From Candidatus Peribacterales bacterium (lineage in GTDB: Bacteria; Patescibacteriota; Gracilibacteria; Peribacterales; Peribacteraceae), in assembly GCA_020058765.1 (NCBI GenBank), contig JAGVDM010000006.1:181488-245487 (forward strand): 64,000 nt of DNA, read 5' to 3'. The translations under genes and the position numbers were made by a program. Shown piece after piece: positions 23,796-33,731 of this stretch. The notes below the pieces were generated by a model, which saw nothing but the letters and a program-made list of their open reading frames with translations, did no database searches and was not told the origin of the DNA. Within the stretch, counting starts at the first letter, position 1, and each line of letters opens with the position of its first letter.

Positions 23796-24725
23796 TCAAA
23801 GCGCCTTCAGCTTCCCTTTCGCATCCGCGGCGGATGCATATCCTTTGCGATCCAGAATTGCCTGTAGCTCTTGATCGATGCGTGCAAAGCACCCTAGCCC
23901 TTCCTGCATGAACGCAGTCCCTACCTGCACTGCGTCTGCACCAGCAAGGACGAACTCGAACGCATCGGTACCTGTGTATACGCCGCCCACACCAATGATC
24001 TGCACGCGATCACCGAGGAGCTCGTGAAATTTGCGCACGTTCGCCAGTGCAGTTGGCTTGAGGTATTGGCCTCCAAGACCGCCAAAACCACCCTTGGGGC
24101 GGATCACCGGACGCTCGGTTTCCGCGTCAATCACAAGCGCGTTACCAATGGAATTCACACAAGTAATAAAGGCGATCTTGTGCTTTTTGAGCACGGCCGC
24201 CATGGATTCAAAATGGACGAAGTCAAAGTACGGAGGGAGTTTTACTCCAAGCGGCTTGTCACCAAGGCCATCAAGGAGCGAGAGGATTGCATCGGATGCC
24301 TCAAAGTCATAGCCGATCTGCGGCTTTCCCTTCACATTTGGGCAGGAGAGATTCACTTCAATCAAATCCACATCGCTCTTCTGGAATGCCTCCACCAGAA
24401 CAGGGAAATCCGATGGTTGCATGCCGGCGAGACTGGCGATCACGGGCTTACCATACTCGGCGAGATCCTTGGGGAATTCGCAGTACTGCGTATAGCCCAA
24501 ATTCGGCAGCCCCATGCTGTTAATAGACCCAAGTGGCAGATCCGCATAGCGTGGTTCTTCGTTCCCGTCGCGTGGCTCCGGGGTGCAGGATTTCATGACA
24601 ATAGCACCCGAACCGGAGGCGCCGATTTCCCGGAGCTCCGGAAGTGTGACGTCACGAGGGCCAGATGCGTTGAATACGCAGGAAGGGAAGTGGATCCCCG
24701 CGATGGTTACCTGTGTGCTGGCCAC
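23796..24725 (-). CDS. pyrD: Dihydroorotate dehydrogenase, class 1A
   Basis: NASG, NSMGLPN, NLSCPNV, KLPPYFD and GFGGLGG. Confidence 0.93.
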   Translation of the reverse strand: MASTQVTIAGIHFPSCVFNASGPRDVTLPELREIGASGSGAIVMKSCTPEPRDGNEEPRYADLPLGSINSMGLPNLGYTQYCEFPKDLAEYGKPVIASLAGMQPSDFPVLVEAFQKSDVDLIEVNLSCPNVKGKPQIGYDFEASDAILSLLDGLGDKPLGVKLPPYFDFVHFESMAAVLKKHKIAFITCVNSIGNALVIDAETERPVIRPKGGFGGLGGQYLKPTALANVRKFHELLGDRVQIIGVGGVYTGTDAFEFVLAGADAVQVGTAFMQEGLGCFARIDQELQAILDRKGYASAADAKGKLKAL

Positions 24726-24789
24726 GACTGCATCCTAGCCGATTTATGTACGCGCCGAAAGCACACAGAATACAAAAAAACCATCGCTG

Positions 24790-24952
24790 GGGTGGCGCGC
24801 CACGGGGGGTGAAGGGGCAAGAGGAGTGGGAGTTGGCGGCCGGCGTTTTGCTCCCAGTACAAAGCTCTTGAGTTGAGCCGAAGGAGAGGAGCGAATGGCT
24901 TTGTGCGCAGTGCCCTGGCAGCGCCACCTTTTCCGCCGGGAAAAGGTGGCAA
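24790..24952. repeat. Structured intergenic repeat, copy 2 (includes hairpin after dipZ)
   Basis: Core 24798-24840 matches 5122-5164 at 40/43. A 12-bp perfect stem lies at 24923-24934/24939-24950. Confidence 0.8.
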
Positions 24953-24958
24953 ATGACC

Positions 24959-26764
24959 TCACGCTCCGAATGTAAACGCATACCCCTCTGCGCCAGCTCC
25001 ACTGATGCGAATCACAATCTCGTGTTCGCCGTACTCCCCTGTCCATAGCTCGTAGAGATCATGCATGCCTATGGTGAATGATTTGGTCTGCTCACCGTCC
25101 AATTCTATATCCACAGTCGCTGGTGCAGCACCTTCATCTAAACCCATCACCAGATTGATCTCACTGCCAATAAACCGCATGCGAATCTCACCTTCTGCAC
25201 TACGCAAAACCTGTCGCTCCTCCTCCACCATTTGCCAATCCCCCTCAAGTGCATAGCTATGCAGTGACAGCTCAGATAGCGCCTGGTAGGACACGATTTG
25301 GCCTGTGGGCTGAGATGCACCGTTCACAAGGGAAGGCCAACTACGAGAACCAAGATAGATTTCTGGCGAACGGTTCCGACGGCTGCCACGATCCTCCGCC
25401 TCCGTGACTTGGCCTGTAACCTCGGCACCAATTTCGGCAAGGAGCGACTGAATCGCCAAATCGGTTTCCTCATATGCCCCTTCGCCGAAGTGGGTGTAGC
25501 GAATGTATCCATCGGCATCAATAAGGTACTTCGCAGGCCAGTAGCGATTGGCAAATGCTCCCCATGTCCCAAAGTCATTGTCCTGTGCAACCGGATACGT
25601 GAGGCCGTGATTTTTGATAGCGTCTGCAACGTTCTTTTCACTCTTTTCAAAGACGAATTCCGGCGTGTGCACGCCAATGAGCACAAACGGCTGGCCTTTG
25701 AATTTATCCCAATACCCCTGAATGTACGGCAGGGTGCGAATGCAGTTAATGCAGCTATACGTCCAGAAGTCGACGAGCACGACCTTGCCTCGCAGGCTTT
25801 CGAGTGTAAACGGCTCACTGTTGTGCCAAGGGCCAAGACCTACGAACTCTGGAGCACGGGTGATTTTGGAGAGTTTGGGGAGTTCCATATTCATAACGGA
25901 AGGTGAGGAAGTGTCTTTCACGGCAGCAATATCTTCACCGAAGAGTTTGAGCTCTAGGTCGATGCCGAGGTTGCCGAACGGAGTATTGTTCACGAAGAAG
26001 ATTTCGATTTCACGGAAAAGTTGGAAGCCGAACGCAAGCGAAGTAAGGATCAGTACGATCCCAGCGAATTGCTTTATGCGAAGTGTGTATCGATTGAGCA
26101 CGCGTACCGATCGCAAGGCAGCCTGGCCGCCATATCCGATAAGAACAAGCGGCACTGCCGTACCAAGACCGTACGCAGTGAGTGCCAAGAATGCGCGCAG
26201 TCCAGGTTCATCCCGCACGAGCGCAAAGGCGAAGCCGAGTGCAGGACCGGCACAAGGCACCCATACCAAACCCATGGTGAGCCCAATCAGGAATGCTGTA
26301 ATGGGATGTGCCTCTCCAAATTCACCACGTGTGCGCTCTTGTACGTCACTGCCAAACTGTTGGATAGATGTAGCAATTCGCGCACCTACAAACATGAGAA
26401 TGACACCGACGAGCGCAGCAATCGGTACGGCAATCCATCCCTTACTGAGGAAAAAGAGCCCACCAAGAGCGGCCAATGGCAACTGCACGATACGATGGTG
26501 AATTAGAAATCCTATTCCAAATAGGTAGAGCGCAAAGTACGTGGCAATACGAAGGTAATCTGCGAATTCTACGAACTGATTCAGCACTACGAACAGCAGG
26601 AATGTGAACCCTACGAAGCTCACTACCATGCCGAGCACCGTAAGAAGCGGACGCCATGGATTGCGCCCCGCAATACTCACACCCAATACAATGGGTATGA
26701 GCGGCAAAATACAGGGGAGCAGAATTGTGAGTGCACCCGCTGCAAACAGTGTCAGGTAAAGCAT
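24959..26764 (-). CDS. dipZ: DipZ-like CcdA/DsbD membrane domain fused to thioredoxin
   Basis: LPCILP and WVPCAGP in the membrane domain, DFWTYSCINC, GVHTPEF, NRYWPA and C-terminal YAFTFG. Confidence 0.9.
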   Translation of the reverse strand: MLYLTLFAAGALTILLPCILPLIPIVLGVSIAGRNPWRPLLTVLGMVVSFVGFTFLLFVVLNQFVEFADYLRIATYFALYLFGIGFLIHHRIVQLPLAALGGLFFLSKGWIAVPIAALVGVILMFVGARIATSIQQFGSDVQERTRGEFGEAHPITAFLIGLTMGLVWVPCAGPALGFAFALVRDEPGLRAFLALTAYGLGTAVPLVLIGYGGQAALRSVRVLNRYTLRIKQFAGIVLILTSLAFGFQLFREIEIFFVNNTPFGNLGIDLELKLFGEDIAAVKDTSSPSVMNMELPKLSKITRAPEFVGLGPWHNSEPFTLESLRGKVVLVDFWTYSCINCIRTLPYIQGYWDKFKGQPFVLIGVHTPEFVFEKSEKNVADAIKNHGLTYPVAQDNDFGTWGAFANRYWPAKYLIDADGYIRYTHFGEGAYEETDLAIQSLLAEIGAEVTGQVTEAEDRGSRRNRSPEIYLGSRSWPSLVNGASQPTGQIVSYQALSELSLHSYALEGDWQMVEEERQVLRSAEGEIRMRFIGSEINLVMGLDEGAAPATVDIELDGEQTKSFTIGMHDLYELWTGEYGEHEIVIRISGAGAEGYAFTFGA

Positions 26765-26790
26765 GGCGATCAGGGGAAAACACGTAAAGC

Positions 26791-27447
26791 TTAGAGCTTC
26801 TTGGATGTCTTTCGCAGTCGCGAACTCGGGCAAGTGTGTCCAAAGACACATTTACTGCAGGCGGGATCGCGCGCTTTGCAGATGGCACGACCGTGCGCCA
26901 CCATGAGATGTGAGAGCGTAAGCCAATCCGCACGTGGCGTTTTGCGCATCATATCGAGCTCAATCTTCTGCTGTGTCTTCTGCCTGGTCAGACCAAGGCG
27001 CCGCAGCAAACGGATGTTATGCGTATCGATGGGGATACCCTCAATAACGCCATATGCCGTACCAAGCACGACCGCAGCGGTTTTACGCCCTACACCGCGC
27101 AGCGTAAGCATCTCCTCCATCGTACGGGGCACCTGCCCGCCAAAATCCCGGAGCAGAATCCCGCACGTAGTCTGTATAGCCTTCGCCTTCATCCGGTAGC
27201 TCCCGCAGGAATGAATGTCTCGCTCCAATTCTTCCTGCGGCACTGCTATGTACGCTTGCGGATTCTTGTACTTACGAAAGAGGAATTTTGTCACCACGTT
27301 CACGCGTGCATCAGTGCACTGCGCAGAGAGAATAGCAGCAACGAGCAATTCGAGAGGCGTCGTCCAATCCAATGTACAACCCGCATGGGGGTACACCTGC
27401 CGAAGGTCGCGCAGAACGGTATCCACAGAAAGGCTCGATTTGGTCAC
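26791..27447 (-). CDS. nth: Endonuclease III
   Basis: LLVAAILSAQCTD.RVN, HhH L.GVGRKTA, DTH and C-x6-C-x2-C-x5-C Fe-S motif. Confidence 0.95.
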   Translation of the reverse strand: MTKSSLSVDTVLRDLRQVYPHAGCTLDWTTPLELLVAAILSAQCTDARVNVVTKFLFRKYKNPQAYIAVPQEELERDIHSCGSYRMKAKAIQTTCGILLRDFGGQVPRTMEEMLTLRGVGRKTAAVVLGTAYGVIEGIPIDTHNIRLLRRLGLTRQKTQQKIELDMMRKTPRADWLTLSHLMVAHGRAICKARDPACSKCVFGHTCPSSRLRKTSKKL

Positions 27448-27548
27448 AGAGTGAGTATACGCGTGCGGCAAGCGAGGTCGATGAGGATGGCAGCAACGTC
27501 AAGAGAAGTGGGTGGAACAGGCCAAGTGATCTGCTACAGTCCCTACCC

Positions 27549-28127
27549 GTGCCATCACTCCCACCCTTCACCGTTTTCGACACCGAAACAACCGGACTGG
27601 ACCCGTACAAAGGTCATCGGATTATCGAAATTGCCAGAGTGCGAGTGGAGGACGGCAAGATCTTAGAAGAGGCGAGTTTTGTTGCCCTGGTGAACCCCGA
27701 GCGTGATATCCCATGGGAGGCAAAGCAGATCAACAAGATCAGCGACGAGGATGTAGCAAATGCGCCAACGATCGATCAAGTGCTGCCGAAATTTTTGGAG
27801 TTCGCGAGCGGATCGCTCCTTGTAGCGCACAACGCAGCGTTCGATATGGGATTCCTAGAGCGTGAAAAAGAGTGCTGCTGGGGATACGTAGATTTGCCGG
27901 AATGCTTGTGCACCATGCTCATGAGCCGTGCCCTGTTCCCAAAGGAATTCCGCCACACGCTCGATGCAGTAGCACAGCGCTTTGCACTCCCGATCCCCCA
28001 GGCACGCCATAGGGCGTTGCCAGATGTGCTGCTCACTGCACAGGCGTTATTGCAGATGATTGAGCGAAAGAACATCACCTCTATGGATGAACTTCGCAAG
28101 ATTGCGAGCCTGAAAGTCGCTGCATAA
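27549..28127 (+). CDS. DEDDh 3'-5' exonuclease (DnaQ/PolC-exo-like)
   Basis: FDTETTG, VAHNAAFD and HRALPD. Confidence 0.9.
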   Translation: MPSLPPFTVFDTETTGLDPYKGHRIIEIARVRVEDGKILEEASFVALVNPERDIPWEAKQINKISDEDVANAPTIDQVLPKFLEFASGSLLVAHNAAFDMGFLEREKECCWGYVDLPECLCTMLMSRALFPKEFRHTLDAVAQRFALPIPQARHRALPDVLLTAQALLQMIERKNITSMDELRKIASLKVAA

Positions 28128-28176
28128 AAACTGTGTTTCTGGCTCTCAGACTGGATTTGCGCTACCATGATTCCTC

Positions 28177-28656
28177 ATGGCAGTTTTGCCTATCGTCATC
28201 GGCGCAACAACACCCGTGCTCCGCACGAAGACGAAGCGGATCCCCAAGGTGACCAAAGAAGTGTTGAAGCTTATTGCTGATATGCACGACACGGTAAAAG
28301 CAGCAGAGGGTGGCGGTATCGCTGCTCCGCAAATTGGTGTGTCATTGCGCGTATGTTTAGCAAACATCAACGACAAAATGACTGCGCTCATCAACCCAGA
28401 AATCACCTGGCGAAGCACAGAAACACTACGCGAAGAGGAGGGGTGCCTGAGCCTACCCGGCGTATGGAAAGCGGTAGAACGCTCACGGGAAATCGCACTC
28501 ACCTACATGGATGAGCAAGGGAAGGTACAAGAACGACGTTTTAGTGACTGGAATGCCCGCGTCGTCCAGCATGAGGTAGACCACCTGGAGGGAGTGCTGA
28601 TTGTGGATTACCCAGCATTGCCGAATCTGGCTTCTCCGGATGCACTTGCTGCATAA
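28177..28656 (+). CDS. def: Peptide deformylase
   Basis: GIAAPQIG, EGCLS and QHEVDHLEG. Confidence 0.96.
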   Translation: MAVLPIVIGATTPVLRTKTKRIPKVTKEVLKLIADMHDTVKAAEGGGIAAPQIGVSLRVCLANINDKMTALINPEITWRSTETLREEEGCLSLPGVWKAVERSREIALTYMDEQGKVQERRFSDWNARVVQHEVDHLEGVLIVDYPALPNLASPDALAA

Positions 28657-28975
28657 AGTGCTTGAATAACATCACATCGGCGATCGCGAATACTTTGCCG
28701 CTTACGCTGTGCTGGATGTTGCCGACATCGGGATGATCACCGTGATACAGCTCATTCCACGCTTTCATAAAAAACTGTTCCGCGAGGTCTTCCTGCGCTG
28801 GATCATCTCGCAATGCTCGGAGCATATGCCGATAGAGCGACCGCTCATGACGCTGAACAAGATGGAAATATGCCTGCTGTTTGGCCATCTCTTCTGGATG
28901 CGCCTTAGCGTGCACAAATAACTCTTCATCACTCATCTGATCCCAGTGGGTTTCGACATGATGGTGAGTACTCAT
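28541..28975 (-). CDS. Small protein resembling ECF sigma region 1.2/2 only
   Basis: SDEELF...AYFHLVQRHERSLYRHML..L.D..AQEDLAEQFFMKAW...KVFAIA. No region 4; the 3' end overlaps def. Confidence 0.55.
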   Translation of the reverse strand: MSTHHHVETHWDQMSDEELFVHAKAHPEEMAKQQAYFHLVQRHERSLYRHMLRALRDDPAQEDLAEQFFMKAWNELYHGDHPDVGNIQHSVSGKVFAIADVMLFKHFMQQVHPEKPDSAMLGNPQSALPPGGLPHAGRRGHSSH

Positions 28976-29075
28976 ACTGCCATCTAATAACTATTCCATA
29001 CTGAAATCAAACAACGTCAATGTACCTCTATTTCCGTTTGCATAGAGGGGAAAAGTCGATGTAGTCTCACTTCGA

Positions 29076-30518
29076 ATGGCAGCATTGGAAGCAATTATCG
29101 GCCTAGAAGTGCATGCGCAAATGAGCACGAAGACAAAGATGTTCTGCGCATGCGATAACGACGCATTTGGGAAAGCGCCCAATACCACCGTATGCCCTGT
29201 ATGCATGGGTCACCCCGGAACCTTGCCTGTGCCAAACGCCGAAGCAATTGTGAAAGCAATAAAGGCGTCGCTTGCACTACAGTGCACAGTGAATCGCGAG
29301 AATCACTTCGACCGAAAGCACTACTTCTATCCTGATCTTCCCTCTGGGTTCCAGATTTCGCAGTACGACTTCCCTCTCGCGAGCCGCGGTGTGGTGGAAT
29401 ATGAAATAAGTGATACGAGTGGCCGCATTGAAGCCAAAAAGGTTTGCCGGATCACGAGGCTTCATATGGAAAATGATGCAGGAAAACTGTCGCATCACGG
29501 CACCAAGACACTCGTAGATCTCAACCGTGCAGGCACGCCACTCATGGAAATCGTCACCGAACCGGATCTGCGAAATGCAGAAGAAGCATCGGCATTCGCG
29601 CAGGAGCTCCGGCGTATCTTGATTGCCGTGCAGGCCAGCGAAGCAGACATGTTCAAGGGCATGATGCGGTTCGATGCATCCATCTCGCTCAGGGAACAAG
29701 GAACGGAAAAGCTGAATCCACGAAGCGAAATCAAAAACCTCAACTCATTCAAAGCATTGGAAAAAGCGCTGCAGTATGAGGAAAAGCGGCTACGGAAACT
29801 GTGGGAAGAAACCGGCGGGCCGCTCAAAGGCGATATCACCGTGGGGTGGATGGATGATGAAGAGAAAACACGACTCCTGCGCGAGAAGGAAAGTGCGGAT
29901 GACTACCGATACTTCCCGGAACCAGACATTCCACCATTGGTGCTGGAGGAAAAGTTTGTAGAAAGCATCCGAGCCACGCTGCCGGCGCTCCCAGGAGAAG
30001 TGAAGCGCACGTACGTGGAGCTTGGATTGGATGATAAGCAGGCAACGCAATTAATTAATGACGCGCATCTGCGGTCAATGTTTGATGCCGTACATGCGCA
30101 AACCGGAGACGCGAAGCGGGCGAGCAGCATTGTACTTACGCAGCTTCTTGGATTCTTGAATGCCGCAGAAAAATCTGTGACGGAAGGCCCGGATGCCCCT
30201 GCATTGCTGGAACTCATCGCGAAAATCGATGACGGGACAATCTCTGCCAATGCAGGAAAGAGCGTGCTCGAAAAAATGGTGGCAACAGGTGCAAATGCTT
30301 CCACCATCATCGCCAAAGAAGGCATGCAGCAAATCAGTGATGATTCGGCCATTGATACGCTCGTGGCTGCAGCTGTAGCCGCGAATCCACAGGCAATCGA
30401 ATCCTACAAAGCAGGCAAACAAGCAGCGCTCGGCGCCATTGTGGGCTGGGTGATGAAGGAATCCAAAGGGCAAGCCAACCCCCAGAAAGTGAACGAAGCA
30501 CTGCAGCGCTACCTCTAA
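29076..30518 (+). CDS. gatB: Asp/Glu-tRNA amidotransferase subunit B
   Basis: IGLEVHAQ, FDRKHYFYPDLP, DLNRAGTPLMEIVTEPD and DYRYFPEPD. Confidence 0.97.
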   Translation: MAALEAIIGLEVHAQMSTKTKMFCACDNDAFGKAPNTTVCPVCMGHPGTLPVPNAEAIVKAIKASLALQCTVNRENHFDRKHYFYPDLPSGFQISQYDFPLASRGVVEYEISDTSGRIEAKKVCRITRLHMENDAGKLSHHGTKTLVDLNRAGTPLMEIVTEPDLRNAEEASAFAQELRRILIAVQASEADMFKGMMRFDASISLREQGTEKLNPRSEIKNLNSFKALEKALQYEEKRLRKLWEETGGPLKGDITVGWMDDEEKTRLLREKESADDYRYFPEPDIPPLVLEEKFVESIRATLPALPGEVKRTYVELGLDDKQATQLINDAHLRSMFDAVHAQTGDAKRASSIVLTQLLGFLNAAEKSVTEGPDAPALLELIAKIDDGTISANAGKSVLEKMVATGANASTIIAKEGMQQISDDSAIDTLVAAAVAANPQAIESYKAGKQAALGAIVGWVMKESKGQANPQKVNEALQRYL

Positions 30519-30521
30519 GTA

Positions 30522-31061
30522 TTACGCGTGTCGTGCAGGGTTTTTGAGGTACTGCGTATCAGCAAAAGCCATGGAGAGGTACGGCTGCGCCTCGGCCGTG
30601 TATTGCGCATTGAAGTGTAGATCTTGATCGAGCCACAACCGCGTAAATTCAGTAACGTCCACGGCTCCGTCGTATCCGTTTTGTACATTCTGCACTGCGC
30701 CGTTCTTGAGAATTTTGTAGGTCCAATGCAGGTGTGGCCCATGCGCAAAACCTGAGCTACCGCTTTTCCCAATAGGGTCTCCTTGGTAAATATTTTGACC
30801 GGAAGTCACCAGTGAGGAGGAGAGATGTGCAAGCGCGCTCTTGCGCTTCGCATCCGTAATCACAATGTGCAATCCGTACCCTTGATCTCCATCGTCGATC
30901 ACGGTGGCTACACCGTCATGCGGCGCATAGATCGTTGTTCCTTCGGGGATACCGAAATCCACACCATTATGGCCAGACAAACCAAACTGCGCATACACAT
31001 CGGGATTTTGGCCGAATCCTTGTGTAACAAGAGGAGTACCTGGCAGGGGGCAGAAGATCAC
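30522..31061 (-). CDS. M23 family metallopeptidase
   Basis: HNGVD (HxxxD), LAHLS and G.SG.SG...GPHLH. Confidence 0.88.
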   Translation of the reverse strand: MIFCPLPGTPLVTQGFGQNPDVYAQFGLSGHNGVDFGIPEGTTIYAPHDGVATVIDDGDQGYGLHIVITDAKRKSALAHLSSSLVTSGQNIYQGDPIGKSGSSGFAHGPHLHWTYKILKNGAVQNVQNGYDGAVDVTEFTRLWLDQDLHFNAQYTAEAQPYLSMAFADTQYLKNPARHA

Positions 31062-31093
31062 GCACCAAGTGTACGCGGTATGCAATACCGCTG

Positions 31094-31651
31094 CTACATC
31101 CTCGTCATATAGGTGCCAGTCTCTGTATTCACTCGAACAACGTCACCTTCGTTCACAAAGAGCGGCACGTTGATAGTGACACCAGTTTCCAACTTGGCAG
31201 GCTTGTTGCCCCCGGTGGCAGTATCGCCTTTCACGCCGGGCTGCGTTTCTACAACCTTTAGATCCACAGTAGCCTTGAGCGAAATGCCAATCGGCTTCTC
31301 CCCGAAGACGAGTGCATCTACTTCACTGCCCTCCACCAGATAATCTGCCTGATCTCCGATGCTGTCTGCCTGCAAATCGAACTGGTCATAACTACCCAAA
31401 TCCATAAAGGTGAAAGCTTCACCATTGCCGTACAGGTACTGGCAACGGCGATAGCCAACATCTGCCTGCTGTACCTTCTCGCTCCCTTGGAAGTTGCGCG
31501 CAATAATAGAACCCGTAATAAGGTTCTTCAGTTTGCACTGCATGTTCGCCTTGCTCTGGCTCTTGCGGCCAAACTGCGATTCGACAATCAGGTATGGCTC
31601 GCCATCAAGTTCAATGGCACGCCCGGGTTTGAGATCAGTGAGTTCGTACAT
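31094..31651 (-). CDS. efp: Translation elongation factor P
   Basis: KLKNL.TG, YLY..G...FMD, PGVKGDT, KPA.LETG..I.VPLFV and TGTY..R. Confidence 0.95.
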   Translation of the reverse strand: MYELTDLKPGRAIELDGEPYLIVESQFGRKSQSKANMQCKLKNLITGSIIARNFQGSEKVQQADVGYRRCQYLYGNGEAFTFMDLGSYDQFDLQADSIGDQADYLVEGSEVDALVFGEKPIGISLKATVDLKVVETQPGVKGDTATGGNKPAKLETGVTINVPLFVNEGDVVRVNTETGTYMTRM

Positions 31652-31703
31652 AAGGGCCAGTAGTCTAGCTGACCGGGGAGGGAGCTGGTCAAGGAGACCG
31701 TTA

Positions 31704-33689
31704 CTAGAGTTCTGTCTCGAGCACTGCACCTGTTTCCATCGGCGCAGCCTGATGGAACACCGTTGCTTGCTGTGCCGCCTGATCCCAACGCAGCTCCACT
31801 ACCTCGCGACGCGTAAGATCGCGTAGGCGGGAATCCTCCGGGAGGGAACGGAATACTGCTCGCAAAATGCGTCCGCGATCAGCGTGCTGATCAAGCGCAG
31901 CAAGCTCCACACGCAATTGATTCTCGCGGGAACGAGGCATCTTGTAGGTATACACACGCTCAAGCATGGCGCGAATAGTCGTATCGATTTCCTCATCCGT
32001 AAGAGCCACTACTCCTTGCGACGGACGCACTGGGAGGAATGCTGCAATATCTTCCAGAACATCTGCATCCATTGTAGCAACGCCAGTACCCGTCTGCTGC
32101 ACATCGAGTGCAAGGCGCGTGAGCATCAGGCGAGCTTCTTTTCTTGCCTGAGGATCGAGCGTGTCGTCTTCTTCGTCCAACAGTGCAAGATACGGCTGCA
32201 GATCCATCCATGTCTGTGCAATCGCATCAGCATCGCCTGCTTCCACCACATCACTGAAGGAGACCAAGGAGTCTGCGAAGAGCACTGCCTCTGCCTCGTC
32301 GGGAGCGAGCACGCCGCCAGATGGAAGGTTAGCTGCAACCTGCAGCACCGTCTTTTTAAGCACGTAGCTGTCATCTCCAGGGAGCGACGCTGCGACTTGT
32401 GCAATCGTACCAGCCAAGGAATCGCGAATCAGGGACTGGGATGCCAGATCACCACCGGTTCCTGTTTCTGCGAGAGCAATGAGCGTATCGCGGAAATCCT
32501 GGAGAACAGCCTCTGCCTCCTCGCCCTCATTCAACAGTGCCGCTGCCTCATTTAAACGAGTGTTCGCTTGAGACAAACGCTTCTGCACTCGTGACGTTTC
32601 ATCGAAGGAAAAGAACACGTCCACAGCCTCTGCTGCACGCTTCACGGAATACAACGAAGAAGTGGGCAGAATGCCTGCAGCAGCAGCTCGGCGCTCTTGC
32701 TGCATGTGTGCAATAGACCGGCGGTGCACTGCGTCTTTCGCAAGGTTCTGTGCAGCCCAGTCCTGCGTGAATTCCACCTCGGGAATCTTCTGCACAACCA
32801 GCGCAGCATCTCCGCGAAGGGTCACCTGTTCCCCCACGCTGAGGAGCACATGTTCTGTGCCCTGCTGTACTTCAACACTGCGATCCCACACTTTCACCGT
32901 CACACTGCCGTCGGCAGCTTCCTGCAGAGAAACGCTTCCTTCGTGGACGGTGACAATACCGTGACGTACAGCCACAGTCACACCACGCACCGCGGAGGGT
33001 AGTAACCCCTGTACCCATACGCCTCCGTTCTCTAGCGAGAGCGATGGCAAAAATGCATCGTTTGATTCCACATGCTCGCTTGTATCTTGCACGGCTATGC
33101 CGCTACTGGCCTGCAAACGCACCACAGCATCATCACGGAAGATCAGGCTCGATTCGCCATCATACGTACGAATACGCATGCCAGACTCCACCACCAAATC
33201 GTTCACAACGGACTGCCAAAGCTCACCAACAGACAGTGCAACTTCTCCACGAGTTGGAACGAGCATCACCTGTGATTCAGCAATAGTTGGTGTTGCCAAG
33301 AATAACGCCGGACTCGTTTGTACGATCAATGCCACAACCGCGAGCGACGCGACCCACTTCACCCAGCTATACGGCGAGGGCGAAGCAGCCACAGGCTCCA
33401 GAGCAAGATTGGCGAGGATCCGCTGACCCAAATACGCACGCAAATCAGCTGGTGGCATGAGCGCCTCGCGCACACGGTCCCACACTGTTTCTATGCTTGG
33501 CACCGGCGCAATGCGCGCAGCAATGCGCGTCCAAATGCGATCTTGCGCTCCAGGTGCAGGCTCCAAGGAATCCCCAAATGCCATACGTGGCTCAATGCGA
33601 CGCATCATAGCGCTGCGCACGCGCTCGCGCGCACCCGCGGGTGCAGGCGCGTCTTCGGGAAGCCGACGGAGGAGAGACTCAAGAGACAT
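31704..33689 (-). CDS. Putative membrane anti-sigma factor with FecR-like and DUF5667-like domains
   Basis: Follows the ECF sigma gene. Cytoplasmic N-terminus, one TM (WVASLAVVALIV), FecR-like beta region (GEV...G.RIRT..GES..L.F.D...VRL) and LP.S.LY.VKRAAE. Confidence 0.75.
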   Translation of the reverse strand: MSLESLLRRLPEDAPAPAGARERVRSAMMRRIEPRMAFGDSLEPAPGAQDRIWTRIAARIAPVPSIETVWDRVREALMPPADLRAYLGQRILANLALEPVAASPSPYSWVKWVASLAVVALIVQTSPALFLATPTIAESQVMLVPTRGEVALSVGELWQSVVNDLVVESGMRIRTYDGESSLIFRDDAVVRLQASSGIAVQDTSEHVESNDAFLPSLSLENGGVWVQGLLPSAVRGVTVAVRHGIVTVHEGSVSLQEAADGSVTVKVWDRSVEVQQGTEHVLLSVGEQVTLRGDAALVVQKIPEVEFTQDWAAQNLAKDAVHRRSIAHMQQERRAAAAGILPTSSLYSVKRAAEAVDVFFSFDETSRVQKRLSQANTRLNEAAALLNEGEEAEAVLQDFRDTLIALAETGTGGDLASQSLIRDSLAGTIAQVAASLPGDDSYVLKKTVLQVAANLPSGGVLAPDEAEAVLFADSLVSFSDVVEAGDADAIAQTWMDLQPYLALLDEEDDTLDPQARKEARLMLTRLALDVQQTGTGVATMDADVLEDIAAFLPVRPSQGVVALTDEEIDTTIRAMLERVYTYKMPRSRENQLRVELAALDQHADRGRILRAVFRSLPEDSRLRDLTRREVVELRWDQAAQQATVFHQAAPMETGAVLETEL

Positions 33690-33705
33690 AGTTTCTACTA
33701 CAGAA

Positions 33706-33731
33706 AACGGCCGAGGATCGGGTTTGTTACA
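33706..33731 (-). promoter_or_regulatory. Putative ECF sigma promoter TGTAAC-N16-CGTT
   Basis: Classic ECF AAC...CGT architecture; the -35 overlaps the sigma TAA stop and the motif ends 17 nt before the anti-sigma ATG. Confidence 0.6.
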
